The notes under the pieces are model-generated. The model did no database searches. It saw nothing but the letters and a program-made list of their open reading frames with translations, and was not told where the DNA came from. A DNA stretch of 63,909 nucleotides, filler included, from Octopus bimaculoides (lineage: Eukaryota): the NCBI RefSeq assembly GCF_001194135.2. It is 9 parts of 9 records of this genome, joined end to end, with 100 filler letters (N's around TTAATTAATTAA, not from the genome) between each part and the next. Parts side by side here need not be neighbours in the genome. Positions count along the whole stretch, not along the records: positions 10,917 to 15,129 come from NC_069000.1; positions 15,230 to 34,373 come from NC_068998.1; 7 more parts are not named here. One strand, given 5' to 3'. A program made the translations under genes and the position numbers. This document shows positions 11,857-24,062 of the stretch, in pieces. Position 1 is the first letter of the stretch; each line of letters begins with the position of its first letter.

Positions 11857-12554
11857 ATTAAAATAAAATATATATTAATTTAAGAATGGCTTTTCTCTTA
11901 ACATTCATCTTGTCAGTTCTCGTCACCAAACACTTCCTGAAATATTACTACTACTTGATTAAATACTGATTTAATGGATCAAGTTGGAAGAAATCAAAAG
12001 TTTGCTAGTTCTAAACTTGTCACAGCACCTACAATTCATACCTATTTTGTCCAAAACAGCATCTTCGCCTCCAGTACCTTCGTTGATGAATCAGGATACA
12101 AGTTTAGTGCCCATGTTTCTTTTTCAGCCCCTTTGAAATTGATCAGAAGACAGAGGTAATCTTAAACAAGTGACCTAGCTCAAATGCTTACAACAGATTA
12201 AACACTACCGAACAATCTGTTTTGGGGGGAAAGCAAAGCATGGATTACGTCTACTGTAAAATACTGGAGAATTCGAACTTAGACCGTAAATGGTCAGAAC
12301 AAAGACACACAAGTATCATAATCACCAATTCTAAGGATTCGGCCAGTCCAATAACCTACATATATTCGATTTTGTTAACGATTGAAGGATGGGACATAAG
12401 TTTGACTGCAGCACTATTGGAACTCAGAACTCAAGCCAGAACAAATATCGCAAGGCATTTTATTTTATCCGATGTTTTAACAGCACTTCCAATTAGCATA
12501 CATTCATACACTTGTACATACATACATACACACACGCGCATTTCTTTTAATTTC

Positions 12555-12742
12555 AAATGTTGGCACAAGGCCAGCAATTTCGTGTAGGTGGTTAAGTGGT
12601 TAACTGGTGCTTATTTTATCTACTCACGAAAGGAAGAAAGGCAAAGTCGGTTTCGGTGGAATTTGAACTCAGAACGTGAAGACGAACGAAAAACCGCTAA
12701 GCATTTTACCCGGCGTACTAATGATCCTGCCAGGTTGCCGCT
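12555..12742 (-). mobile_element. SINE family A (further degenerate copies at about 12220-12490 and 13020-13180)
   Basis: TTTCAAATGTTGGCACAAGGCCAGCAATTT...GAATTTGAACTCAGAACGT core. Confidence 0.85.
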
Positions 12743-12915
12743 TGTTATGTTAGGTGTATACCTTGTCACCATAAACAACTGCGACACTGCACTTCCTTGT
12801 CTTTGAGAGGCAAGATATAATAAGTACTACAATAGCAAAGATAATAAAAAAGCAGTAGTAGCTGAACTATCAAACATCTATGTACAATCGATGGATTTGT
12901 TCCCCATATACTTAC

Positions 12916-12957
12916 CACGGTTTGGCCTGGAAATGCTGCCACTGGATCATAACAGTC
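12916..12957 (-). CDS. 42-nt symmetric (phase 0-0) coding exon, probably of the same gene as 936-845 and 127-1
   Basis: Long pyrimidine tract tttctattcattctgatcctatctttctacattgccag|GAC...GTG|gtaagtat with a perfect donor. Encodes DCYDPVAAFPGQTV, phase-compatible with exon 936-845. Confidence 0.65.
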
Positions 12958-13762
12958 CTGGCAATGTAGAAAGATAGGATCAGAATGAATAGAAATTGAC
13001 TCTCGAGTCTCATCACCGAACAGTGTTATTCGATTACATCGAACCCCGTTATTTGAGTGGCACTTTATTTTTACTGAACATGGGGTATGAGAGACAAAAC
13101 TAACCACGCTGGGAATTGAAATCAGAATGTAAAGAACCAAAGGAAAAATCGCATGTCAGTTTTTCCGATGCTGTTGCATCTTTTTTCAGCATTTTAAGTC
13201 AATTTTCAATGAATTTTTCTGTGACGCTTTACAATGATTAATTTACGTAAGATATCCTAAATTATGACTGTCCGGACTCGTAGACAGACTCCGCCGACTC
13301 ATTTTAATTCTCTTGTATTGCGTCAACCCATGGCTAAAATAATAAACAAACAGTATGTGATCAAGAGTGTACGCATTGAGATCAAACCTACATCCTCAAG
13401 CTTACTAAGCGAAGTAGCTAAAGATATAAATTTGCTCACGAACACCGTGTCGGGTCGTGCTTGGGACACCGAAACGCTTAGTTTAGAATAGGGGCAGCTG
13501 ATAAAGGAAATGTTCTCTCTGTGGCCTGTCTGTTTTGCTGTGTGTTCCTACCGTTGTTCGAAAATAGTTTGTTTTCCGTGCTTTGTTTATATTCTCGTTT
13601 TTCATTTTGTTCATGTTTTATTTTGTGACGTCCTGTACCCAGATATGCATCTATATATACACGTAGATGTAGGAATGTACATACATGTACGTATATATGC
13701 ATATACTCACATATTATTTGTATTATTGCATAATATATAAATATATACATACCTACATCTCA

Positions 13763-13822
<60 letters not shown>

Positions 13823-14879
13823 CACACACGTAATTGCTTATTTTAAAACGAATTTATAATGATATATTCCTATAAAGTTTGTTGAATATCCTCACATACA
13901 CAAACACCTATGTAGGATTATATATATATATATATATACATACATTCATTCATACATACACTCACGCGCGCGCGCGCGCAAACACACACATGCCAGCGCG
14001 CACACACATACACACATATAAATAAACTCACATGCATATATATTTATTCCTACATCTAGAAAGCTAAAGAGAAAATAAGAAAAACGGAAAATAGTATTTC
14101 TAGCAAATAAATTATATATAAGAATGAGATTTACGGAGACAATCTCGTCAATTTTAGTGTAATTTTCGGATATTTTCTTGACATATCCTGTTTATAAACA
14201 AAAATATTACTAAGATTTCTAAATATACACATACACGTACAGTTGCCTACACATAAACATTCACACAGCCTCATACATATACGAACTCTGTAACTCACGC
14301 ACACAAACATACATACATACATACATACATAATATATATATATATATATATAAACACAATTTATAAAGTTTCTAAAACCTATTATCACAAAGACAGTGTG
14401 TCTTGGTTCTGTAGTATTTGTGATATTTCAGGTATTTTTCTAAAGATGAACGTTTAATATTTGTTTTTAGCTTTCGAATTTGACATCAATGCTCGAGAAA
14501 ATGCGGAGGCCATCGCTAGATCGAGCAGGCCATAGCATTCTCTTGCATTATTAAGAGATTTGATGTTTTGTATCTGACAGATTTGTTATTGCTTATCCCT
14601 GGTAATGACCTGATCGAAGGTATTCCGACCGAGAATATTCTCTATTATTATACGAACAGCGAAGAACGTGGCATTCTACTTGAAAATGTGTAGTGTGTGA
14701 GTTGGATAAACTTTGGCTGCTATATCTAGCAGGCTGATCAATCACGTAGTGCCTTGCCGTTGTTGTGATTGTTGTTCAGTTCCGGCAGCCCCAATGGAAC
14801 GGACTCATAATCAGAGGCTTCCAGTCAAGACCGTAATGGCCTTCCCAAATAATTTTATTCCATGAGTTTTCCATTTTTC

Positions 14880-15110
14880 TTTTATTCTTATAGCTGGTTC
14901 AGTCATTTGACTGCGGCCATGCTGGAGCACCACCTTAAGGAGTTTTAGTGGAACAAATCGAACCCCAGGACTTATTCTTTGTAAGCCTAGTATTTATTTT
15001 ATCAAGCTCTTATGTTGGACCGTCAAGTTACGGGGACGTAAACACGCCAACATCGGTTGTCAAGTGAGGATGGAGGGACAACCACAGACTCAAAGACGCA
15101 CACATATAAG
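14880..15110 (-). mobile_element. SINE family B, 3' half
   Basis: CAGTCATTTGACTGCGGCCATGCTGGAGCACCACC...CATCGGTTGTCAAG. Confidence 0.88.
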
Positions 15111-15299
15111 CATATATATATATATATATNNNNNNNNNNNNNNNNNNNNNNNNNNNNNNNNNNNNNNNNNNNNTTAATTAATTAANNNNNNNNNNNNNNN
15201 NNNNNNNNNNNNNNNNNNNNNNNNNNNNNTGTTCTATAACACAAAATAGATAAGTATACGAAGTTTGAAAGTCTTTCCGTACCAAAAACACTACGTAAA

Positions 15300-16372
15300 A
15301 CATTAATGAAAAATGTGGCCCCCGTTTTAAAATAGATCCCATATTTTTTCTGTTCAAATGATTTTGAAAACTACGGAATAAATGATAATCAGATGGGATA
15401 ATGTCCGGCGAATATGGTGGGTGGGCATCATTTTCCATTCAAACTGCTCCAGCCCTTGGAACGTCATCCTCGCTGTTTGTGGCTGAACATTATCCAGATG
15501 GAAGAACACCTTTCGTCTTGAAACCAAAGATGGTCATTTTTCTTCTAGCATTGACTTAAGCGGCCCAAGCTGCTTGCAGTATATCTCCTTTGTTAATATT
15601 TGGTTTGGCTTCAAATGTTCAAAGTGGACTAAACATTTCATATCCCACCAAACAGTTAATAACACCTTACGTGGGTGAAGACCTTCAACTTAGGGTGCCC
15701 GTGTTTCTCCTTTCCCTACTCATTGTCTTCGGTGCTGACATATTTATAGAGAAACCATTTTTCGTCACCAGTATTCAGTGTAAAAAAGGTTCATTCATGA
15801 AACGTAACAGCAAAGAAGAGTACACATTCACTCTCTGCGTGTGATTAGACGCGGAAAGTTTGTGAGGAACCCATTAATCCAATGTTCCGATGGCACTCAG
15901 GTGTCGATGAATGGTCGAATGACCAAATCCAAGCTCCTCTGCTAGCTTCTCAACAGTTACGATAGGATTTTGTTACACCAGGGTTTGCAGGACGTCCTCG
16001 TCGAGCTGTACAGATCTTCCAGGATGGGGCTCGTCTTCTAGGCTGTAATTTCCGGCTCGGAATTCCTGGAATTACCGTTGACACTGGCTTACACTTATTG
16101 TCCGATCCCCATATACTGCATTAATATTCCTCGCAGTTTCCGTTGCTTTGTTACCTGTATAAAATATGCCAAATATGCTCCTTTATCACTACCATTATAG
16201 CTTTGAAAAATGATTGTTAAAATCGACCTGCTCTCTTCAAAACTAAGAATAAGGACAAGGTAAAATTATTACCTGCTTTTATAGCAAGTTGATGCAGGTA
16301 GTTTATCCCGCCCCCTCCGACTTTTAGTTCATGCAATTGGAAAAACCGCATTATTTATGGGATGACCCAATC
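15300..16372 (-). mobile_element. Mariner (Mos1/SETMAR-like) transposase pseudogene with 5' TIR
   Basis: TIR TTGGGTCATCCCATAAATAATGCGGTTTTT inside a (TA)n tract. Decayed ORF with ATETARNINAVYG, WVPHKL, TGDEKW and HPPYSPDIIPSDYHLF. The 3' end is lost near the gap. Confidence 0.92.
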
Positions 16373-16408
16373 TATATATATATATATATATATATAGGAA
16401 AAATAGAA

Positions 16409-16514
16409 GTTGAAAATGCACTGAGAAGAGTTAAAATATTTTAATTAATATATTTAAAGCTTTAACCGCTTTCATAGTTAGAAGTATTTTAACCTTCCTC
16501 AGTGCATTTTCAAC
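16409..16514. mobile_element. Short inverted-repeat (hairpin) element
   Basis: 30-bp arms GTTGAAAATGCACTGAGAAGAGTTAAAATA and the reverse complement of TATTTTAACCTTCCTCAGTGCATTTTCAAC. Confidence 0.8.
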
Positions 16515-16861
16515 TTACCCGTGTGGAATAAAATAACTGTTTTATATATATATATATATATTATATATATATGTTTATAAGCATTTATATATATGTATAT
16601 CATAGATCTACCTATNNNNNNNNNNNNNNNNNNNNNNNNNNNNNNNNNNNNNNNNNNNNNNNNNNNNNNNNNNNNNNNNNNNNNNNNNNNNNNNNNNNNN
16701 NNNNNNNNNNNNNNNNNNNNNNNNNNNNNNNNNNNNNNNNNNNNNNNNNNNNNNNNNNNNNNNNNNNNNNNNNNNNNNNNNNNNNNNNNNNNNNNNNNNN
16801 NNNNNNNNNNNNNNNNNNGTGTGTGTGTGTGTGTGTGTGAGTGTAAGTATGTTTGTGTGTA

Positions 16862-17094
16862 AGAAGGCGGCGAGCTGGCAGAAACGTTAGCATGCCGGAT
16901 GAAAAGCTTAGCCGTATTTCGTCTGCCGTTACGTTCTGAGTTCAAATTCCGCCGAAGTCAACTTTGCCTTTCATCCTTTCGGGATCGATAAATTAAGTAC
17001 CAGTTACGCACTGGGGTCGATGTAATCGACTTAATCCCTTTGTCTGTCCTTGTTTGTCCCCTCTATGTTTATCCCCTTGTGGGCAATATAGAAA
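16862..17094 (+). mobile_element. Young full-length SINE family A with 18-bp TSD
   Basis: GGCGGCGAGCTGGCAGAAACGTTAGC...GAGTTCAAATTCC (A/B boxes); TSD TAAGTATGTTTGTGTGTA at 16844-16861 and 17095-17112. Confidence 0.95.
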
Positions 17095-17464
17095 TAAGTA
17101 TGTTTGTGTGTATGTCTAAGCAGCGTTACAAATCAGAATCATTTTTAGCTATAATCACTCATTTCCGTGATGGCTAAAGTTTTTACTGCGTTTGTTGATT
17201 TATTTCTCAGTACTCCATGTGATGTTCCTTTGATCATTGTGTTTCCAACGTGATTCTTTCTCTCTGACTTTCTATTATAGAGTGGCGATTGATGTTGAGT
17301 TTCATACCAAACAATTCATGACTTGGTTGGTTCTGACCTAAGTAGATATTTGCAGTATTCTCTTATTCTGATAACTTGGGATAGTCTTGTCCGTCCTATG
17401 TAGGACCTTCTGTAAGAGCATAGAATGCCAGAAATGCTTTTCATAAACATGTCATAAGAATAAG

Positions 17465-17567
17465 TCATGATGTGATCAGATATTTCTGAAGCGTCTGTTC
17501 AAGAATGGATCCATCAATTGTCTGCAACATCGAATAAAAGCGACCCCACTTCCAATAATTAAATAAC
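17465..17567 (-). CDS. Candidate terminal coding exon
   Basis: Acceptor tgtaatgtttcag|G. Phase-2 frame gives LFNYWKWGRFYSMLQTIDGSILEQTLQKYLITS*; an alternative phase-1 frame gives GYLIIGSGVAFIRCCRQLMDPFLNRRFRNI*. No homology recognised. Confidence 0.25.
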
Positions 17568-19034
17568 CTGAAACATTACAGCTGCTTTTGCTGATTGATA
17601 AAATTGGACCATAGAATGTAGCTGAGATTTTTCTAAAGTCTCTAGTCATTCGTTGAGATACTTTGCCATCATTAATGGAGATATTTCCTAAACTGACATC
17701 CTATTTCACTTTAACGAAGAATCGCTACATAACAGATTTATCTTCCGGTTAATCAGCTTTTCTATTTTATTCTGCAACATGGAAAAACTAATTATAAAGC
17801 AGATCCATCTTTCCCACTTGACGTGACGAAACGTTGACATCATAATAAAAATCGCACTTAGTGTTACTGATTACTTAATTCCCAAATCAATTCGAGTGAT
17901 TAGGTAAATATAATTCAGTTTTTAATGGAAAATTATAAAAGATGTATAAAAAAAGTTGCTTTTTATAAACATTTTGCCGTTTTTATATATATTTATTATA
18001 AGCTAGCCTATCATCATAATTGTATTAATTTATTCATCTCATCACTGTCCATTATATTTGTATGTAGAAATACTATGAGTGTAAATCAGTAGTGTTTTCT
18101 TATGGATGGTGATGGCTTTATTGTTGCTTATCCCTTTGGGTAAAAAACAACAACAAAACACCACACTAGCTATGAACAGAATCTACAGAGGATTTCACCA
18201 TTTGTCAGATGAAGTAGAAACGTAAACCTTGAATAGTAGCTCACATTTAGATTTGAATAAATCTTATTCCACCCTTCATTCTTTTAAGTACTTCTCCACT
18301 TAATTCCTCACCTCCTGTGTGAATGATTCCTTCATTATCCATGCATTTATCCCTTAATGCACCCAACTATTCATCCATGCAGGTAGCCAACTATCTCTAT
18401 CCATCTACATCTAACTATCAATCCATTCATTTATGCATCCAGCTAGCATATAAGGGGTGATTACAATATAAAATACAATATGTAGTGTAATGTAAATATA
18501 TATAAATTAAGATTACAGAGTTTTCATCGTGATTACTAATAGCTTCTCTTTCCAGGAACAAACGTCAGACCATTTGTTTTAATCATGTTAACTCACACAG
18601 AATGATGTTTTTAAAAAAAAGTGAAACGTTTCCATTTTCGTTTAGGTGCATTATTTTACAATACAATCAGTTTCAATAACTGATGTAAGGAATGAATAAT
18701 AGAAAACAGCTCTAAGACAGAATGGAAAAAAACCCCCAAAAAGAATCAGCTATAAAAAGTGAAAAGAAGAGTAAAAAAATGAAAGTTGCAAACACGCGTG
18801 CACGCGCACACACGCACGCACGCTCACGCACACACATACAAAGCACATACACATGCATGTATCTATTATGTGTATGAATTTACCTATCTTTGTAGGAAGT
18901 GAATCAAGTAAAGCTGGTGTAGTCAAATGACGTAGCGTATGCCTCTCAAAGTGTTTACATTTACCGAAATTTTGAGAGCTGGTTCACTTTCCATAAATGA
19001 TTCTTCTTGCTCTTTTCCATTCTATCTTAGAGCT

Positions 19035-19035
<1 letters not shown>

Positions 19036-19110
<75 letters not shown>

Positions 19111-19131
19111 CATTATTATTATTATTATTAC
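19036..19131. repeat. (TAT)n microsatellite
   Basis: Direct reading; source of the poly-L and poly-Y ORFs. Confidence 0.97.
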
Positions 19132-19148
19132 TATTTATTCCTTACAGC

Positions 19149-19351
19149 AAGGCAGCGAGCTGACAGAAACGTTAGCACGCCGGGTAAAATGCTTAGCAGT
19201 ATTTCACCCGTCTGAGATGAAATTCCACCGAGGTCGACTTAGCCTTTCATCCTTTCGGGATCGATAAAATGAGCACCAGTTGAACACTGGGGCCGATGTA
19301 ATCGACTCATCCCCTCTCCAAAATTGCTGCCCTGTGGCAAAATTTGAAACC
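19149..19351 (+). mobile_element. SINE family A
   Basis: AAGGCAGCGAGCTGACAGAAACGTTAGCACGCCGG...AAATTTGAAACC. Confidence 0.92.
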
Positions 19352-19789
19352 ATTATTTATTCCTTTCCACAGTTATTGAAACTGATTGTACATTGGTTTC
19401 AAATAAAGTTCGTAGCTATGCGTGTTTACGGGTATGAGTCTTTTCTCTCCAATATAAAGTTCACGACTTATATTTCTGTTTCTGTTGGAGTTTGATCTTG
19501 CAATAGTCTTTCATTTGATGTTATAACTGGATAATGTTATAACTGGCTAGTTTTGTCGCACTCTTCTTTTTGGTGTGCTAAAAGAGGAAGTGAGAATGCA
19601 GATCCCTGCTTGTATTTCCATGTAAGCTTGAGAGATCGGTTGCTATGCATGCGTTATCACTCCGTAACCTCTGATCTTTATTTAACCTATGTGCGAGAAT
19701 AATACTGGTGACAGCAAAATTATATCTAATATGAAATTACCTCGTACAAACTGTACAAACATAAAAAAAATCCCCGTTGCGACCATTTT

Positions 19790-20260
19790 GAACAATGTTT
19801 AATGAATACCATGGGGAATTGTTAATTTAGTTTGTTGTTAAATGAGTTGAATGATATTACAGTAATGAATCTGTAATTTCTAAAATGTGTGATTGTAAGA
19901 ATGCTAAAGTTGCCTCTACGTGTCATGGATTTGTAGAGCTGGAAAACGTAATACAAAAATTATTATAAAAGCAATTGAAGAAAGTTATAGCAATCGATAT
20001 TGAAATTGCTAGTTTAATGATTGGGACTAATAATGGTGTGTATACGAGGCTAAAAATGAAGTTCCATCTAGCATTTTAATAAGATGTGCATTCTGTTCTA
20101 TTCTACATCTACTAAACGCCTACTATTCTAACTCATCTTGTAGACAAAATAATTATAAAAATTTTTATCCATCATAGATCACATCTATTTAATATTCCTC
20201 CTGCCAACTGTAAAACTAAGTGGCTGTCTAGAGAACCAGTAGTAAAGAGGATTATACTTT
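19790..20260 (+). pseudogene. hAT-family transposase relic (ZNF862-like type)
   Basis: Frameshifted translation GFVELEN...KVIAID..ASLMIGTNNGVYTRLK..VP..ILIRC...SNSSCRQNNYKNFY...CKTKWLSREPVVKRI matches the hAT D..S.M.G..NGV / C..H / TRWLS motifs. Confidence 0.75.
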
Positions 20261-20679
20261 TTGTGTTGACATGGCTAAGTGAAAACTGTCATGTCGCTGA
20301 ATTTCTTTTCAGTGAAAAGTTTAATGAGAAAAATTCCGAATTTCTCTTTTTATGCATCCTATCCCAGCTGAAGTGCAAAATGTAAATACATTATTTGAGT
20401 AAACAAAACAAACAAAAAAAAAAAATGCTGAAAATGTTACATTGCTAATTAATCTACTTTTTCCATAAAATAATTTGAAACAAATGAATATTTCAATATT
20501 AATTGGAAACTAAGGCTGCAAACTGGCAGAATCGTTAGCACGCCGAATAAAATACTTCTTGAAACTTTTTAGCATTTTAAAATGGTTAAATTGTCTAACG
20601 CTAGTCAAATTTGTCTTTGATGAGTTGTAATTTCAGAATCGTTTTCATTAAACCAATCTCGGTGGCGTTTTTTGGTAAA

Positions 20680-21700
20680 TTTGAGAAACTCTGTTGAAAC
20701 TTTGGTCAGTTTCCTTTTGTGCCCTTCTTGTCCTTTTCTTAAGGTGAATATCATCGAAGTTCTGCAGAGGTAGTCCTAAAATTCATCGTGCTTATAGAGT
20801 TTAGGAGTACTGCGCTGATCTTTTTGGCGAGGTATTATGAAATCTGATCCGAGGTTTCAAATTCAGTTTGTTGTTGACTTTTGATTTGCTCAATCGGTGA
20901 TATTTTCAACAATCATCAGAATCTTTCATGGCTCTGGTAATGTGAAGGTGTGGTTGACCTGTGGCTCTGGCGTTAACATTGCCAATGGGATATCAATGTT
21001 TCAATCTCGGAGGCATTAAAAATGTTTTGCATTTCTCATTGAGTATGAGCAGGGCCTTAGTGATGACAAGGTTGTTCTTAGAACAAAGACCCAGCAACAT
21101 AAGATCATTTGAGTTGAAATTGTCGAATGCTTCTTTCCCCAGTACATTTTTCCAAAGATGGTGATTTTCTTCCCACTTTAGGTCACCCATTATATACAAT
21201 TTTTTGTACTTGGAGATTAAATGGAGTTAATTCAGAGATTCAGAATTTTTTTTTTGATATCTTCATTGGAATCCAGAGCTGAAGCAGATATACGGACAAT
21301 GGTGATGAGATTTCTCCCTGAAAGTGGAAGTCTCAGTGATGATGGCATGAGGAACCGTGTTAAGTTGTTCCACAATGGAAATCTTGATGTTAAATTACAA
21401 CCTCATGCAGCCTTCGATCTCCGCTTGGCTTCTTTTTGTTAAAGAATATAAGGCAGGTTCCGATTTCTGCCCTCTGTCCCATATCAAGTAGTCATATTTC
21501 AATTAATATTGCAGTATCGATATTGTATCCCTGGAATTCTCTCCTTAGAAAGGCTTTTCACCTTTCTAAACTGTCGCAGTCATTTTCTTTTCTCTATCTC
21601 AGTTAAAAGGGTTAGGGACATCTGTTACAAGGGTTAGGGTTGCAAGTTACAAGAGCAAATGCATTTCGAGCAGATTTTCTTCGATTGCCATCGTATTCCT
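20680..21700 (-). pseudogene. RTE-clade LINE, AP-endonuclease region, decayed; possible 5' UTR to about 22100
   Basis: YNIDTAIL...KKLYIMGD...WKNVLGKEAFDNFNSNDLMLLGLCSKNNLVIT...TRAM..SDDC..YHRL are RTE endonuclease motifs. Confidence 0.8.
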
Positions 21701-22239
21701 GATAAACTCGTTGAACGAGGTGATCTGACCAATTTTTTTTATATCTTTAAGACTCTTCTCATTGGAAGCGAGTGGAACTGGACCTAAAAACCCGCTTGAC
21801 CATGAAGGTCAGAAGAAAATTCCAGCACTGTCATGTTATTTCAGTGCCAAGGTCACGGAAATGATCCTTGTAACATCCAGTGTTCATTATATCTGTCTCT
21901 GTTAGACTATTCCCATCGTGCCTAAATTTGTGTTTGAGAAATTGAAGTTGGCGTGTGCCATCCGCTTGATTGAAAGAATAGTCTATGGCCTCCAAAACCC
22001 TGTAAGTTAACTGATTCATGGCACTGGTGAATTTGCGTCGATGGATATAGTGGGCTACAGAGTACTCAGTTTCACCTTACCGCGAGCTTGCCCTACAGTA
22101 CAATATGATACGATTAAATAATCTACACATATATTTTTCTAACATACATTTAACTAACTTTAAAGATTTAAGGCAAATACATTCAATATAATAGAAAAAA
22201 AAAAAAAAAGATTGGAGGAGGTTGAAAGGATAGAGTTTC

Positions 22240-23032
22240 AAACGTTAATTGATTTTACAAAACTGCGAAAATGAACATTTTAGTCTGTGGTTGCATCTTA
22301 TAACTGTCTCAGAGTCCCTGTTCACCATTTTATCTGCGCTCATTAAGATGTATAGGGCTTCCTTGGAACAGAAATTGCAAGATCATGAGAACGTATTATA
22401 CGGATATGCATTTTTTATTCTTGCCCATGTGATGTTGATCTAAATGACTCTCCACGATAGACGAAGCGTAATTTAGATCTTTAAAAGACATAATGAAACA
22501 GTCGATAAGCACTGAATGGGTTAGTCTTCACCTCCATATCACTTTATTATCTCTAAATGCTTTATTTTACTCTTCATTCTGTTTAGAACTTTCTTCTTTA
22601 TAATCTGATCATTAAGACAGAATGGTAATTTATAGTCAACCTGACTTCTTTCGACTATTTTTTATATTTATGCATTTAGTATTTTTATTGTAATTGTATT
22701 TTGTTTATCACTAAATCTATGGTCTTAGCTTTGTCCGTAAACTGTTGGGAATGACACATCATTTTGGGTATACATTATCCCACTGAAATGGTGAGAGGAC
22801 CAAACGAAGGACTTATTTTAAACAATCCCCTGAGGAGGCGCATTCTACAACTTGGTTGTTAGATAATGATTACACACTTCACCAATGTACTAAAGGTGTC
22901 GAAACAATTGTAGTGATTTTAAATAATGTTATTAATTCCATTTTCTATTTATATAAACTCTACGGAGACTATGGAATTCCTGGTATGTATCCTGTAGCAG
23001 GAGCATTTCCACTGTATGATGACATCAAGTAA
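22240..23032 (+). pseudogene. Possible highly decayed single-exon class A GPCR relic
   Basis: Hydrophobic segments in GPCR-like order and spacing: LWLHLITVSESLF (TM2-like), MTLHDRRSVI (DRY-like), YIYAFSIFIVIVFCLSLN (TM5-like), VETIVVILNNVINSIFY (TM7-like). Many stops; pattern match only. Confidence 0.2.
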
Positions 23033-23170
23033 CCAATAACTGTAGACGAGCTTTGCATAGCATTCTACAAGATTTTTATTCAAAGCTTATATATATATAT
23101 ATTATACATGTATATATGTATTTATGTGTGTATGTGCGTGTGCGTGCGTGCCTGTGTGGGTGAGTGAGTG

Positions 23171-23220
<50 letters not shown>

Positions 23221-23856
23221 TAAAACTGAGATTAGTTTCTGTTCTTATTCAGCATTTTGCATTTACTGTTACATTTAATGAAGCCCTCTAGATTTGTAAT
23301 GCTGTAGGAAAATCACAAGTGTAGCCTTTTTGTTGTATTCTGTGATTTCTCTCATTGAATTATGATAAAGTTTTTGTAACTATTTACTTTGATTTTGGTT
23401 CTGTCCAATAAAATGGTTCTCCAAGTGAGGACAGCGCAAAATGCAGTGCAATTACAACTGAATGTTTAAAGGCAATTTGTTTACACCCAATTTATTTAAT
23501 TTTCTGTGTTGAGGCTGTAATGAAATTGTTCACTGAACCCCCAAATGATTTCATTTGGTGGATCAGTGCTTTTGAGATACTTTTAACTCGAAATGAAACG
23601 AAAGTTGCCTTGTATAACTTTAAAGGGGAGAAAGCAAATCTCTCTCTATGGCACTTACTTGAATCATTAATATTGGTTTCTTTCGAAGAGGCAAAAAGCC
23701 AACTTTAGAAGAGGGTGAGCCTCCCCTACTTATTTTACTGTCCGTGGAGGGGTGAAAAACAGAACTGATCGTAGCGTATAATTTGTAAATAGCGCAAGAT
23801 ATTTCAGTCAAGCACGTTGCTCTTTTGCCAACTTGTTGCAATCTTAATGATTAATA

Positions 23857-24062
23857 CTAATTTCAAATTTTGGCACAAGGCCAGCAATTTCGGGGGATGG
23901 GGATAAGTCAATTACTTCATCCCAGTGTTCAACTGGTAATTATTTTATCGACCCCGAGAGGATGACAGGCAAAGTCAAACTTAACTCAGAAAGTTAAGAC
24001 GGACAAAATGCTACTAAGCATTTCGCGCAGTGTACTAACCATTCTGCCTGCTCGCCGCCCTG
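23857..24062 (-). mobile_element. SINE family A with 14-bp TSD
   Basis: TSD CTTAATGATTAATA at 23843-23856 and 24063-24076 flanking a full family A body. Confidence 0.93.

Noticed and set aside
22720-23032. In-frame TGA read as selenocysteine in FVRKLLGMTHHFGYTLSH*NGERTKRR...
   Set aside because: No match to any selenoprotein redox motif I know and no SECIS identified; a TGG-to-TGA decay or chance is more likely.
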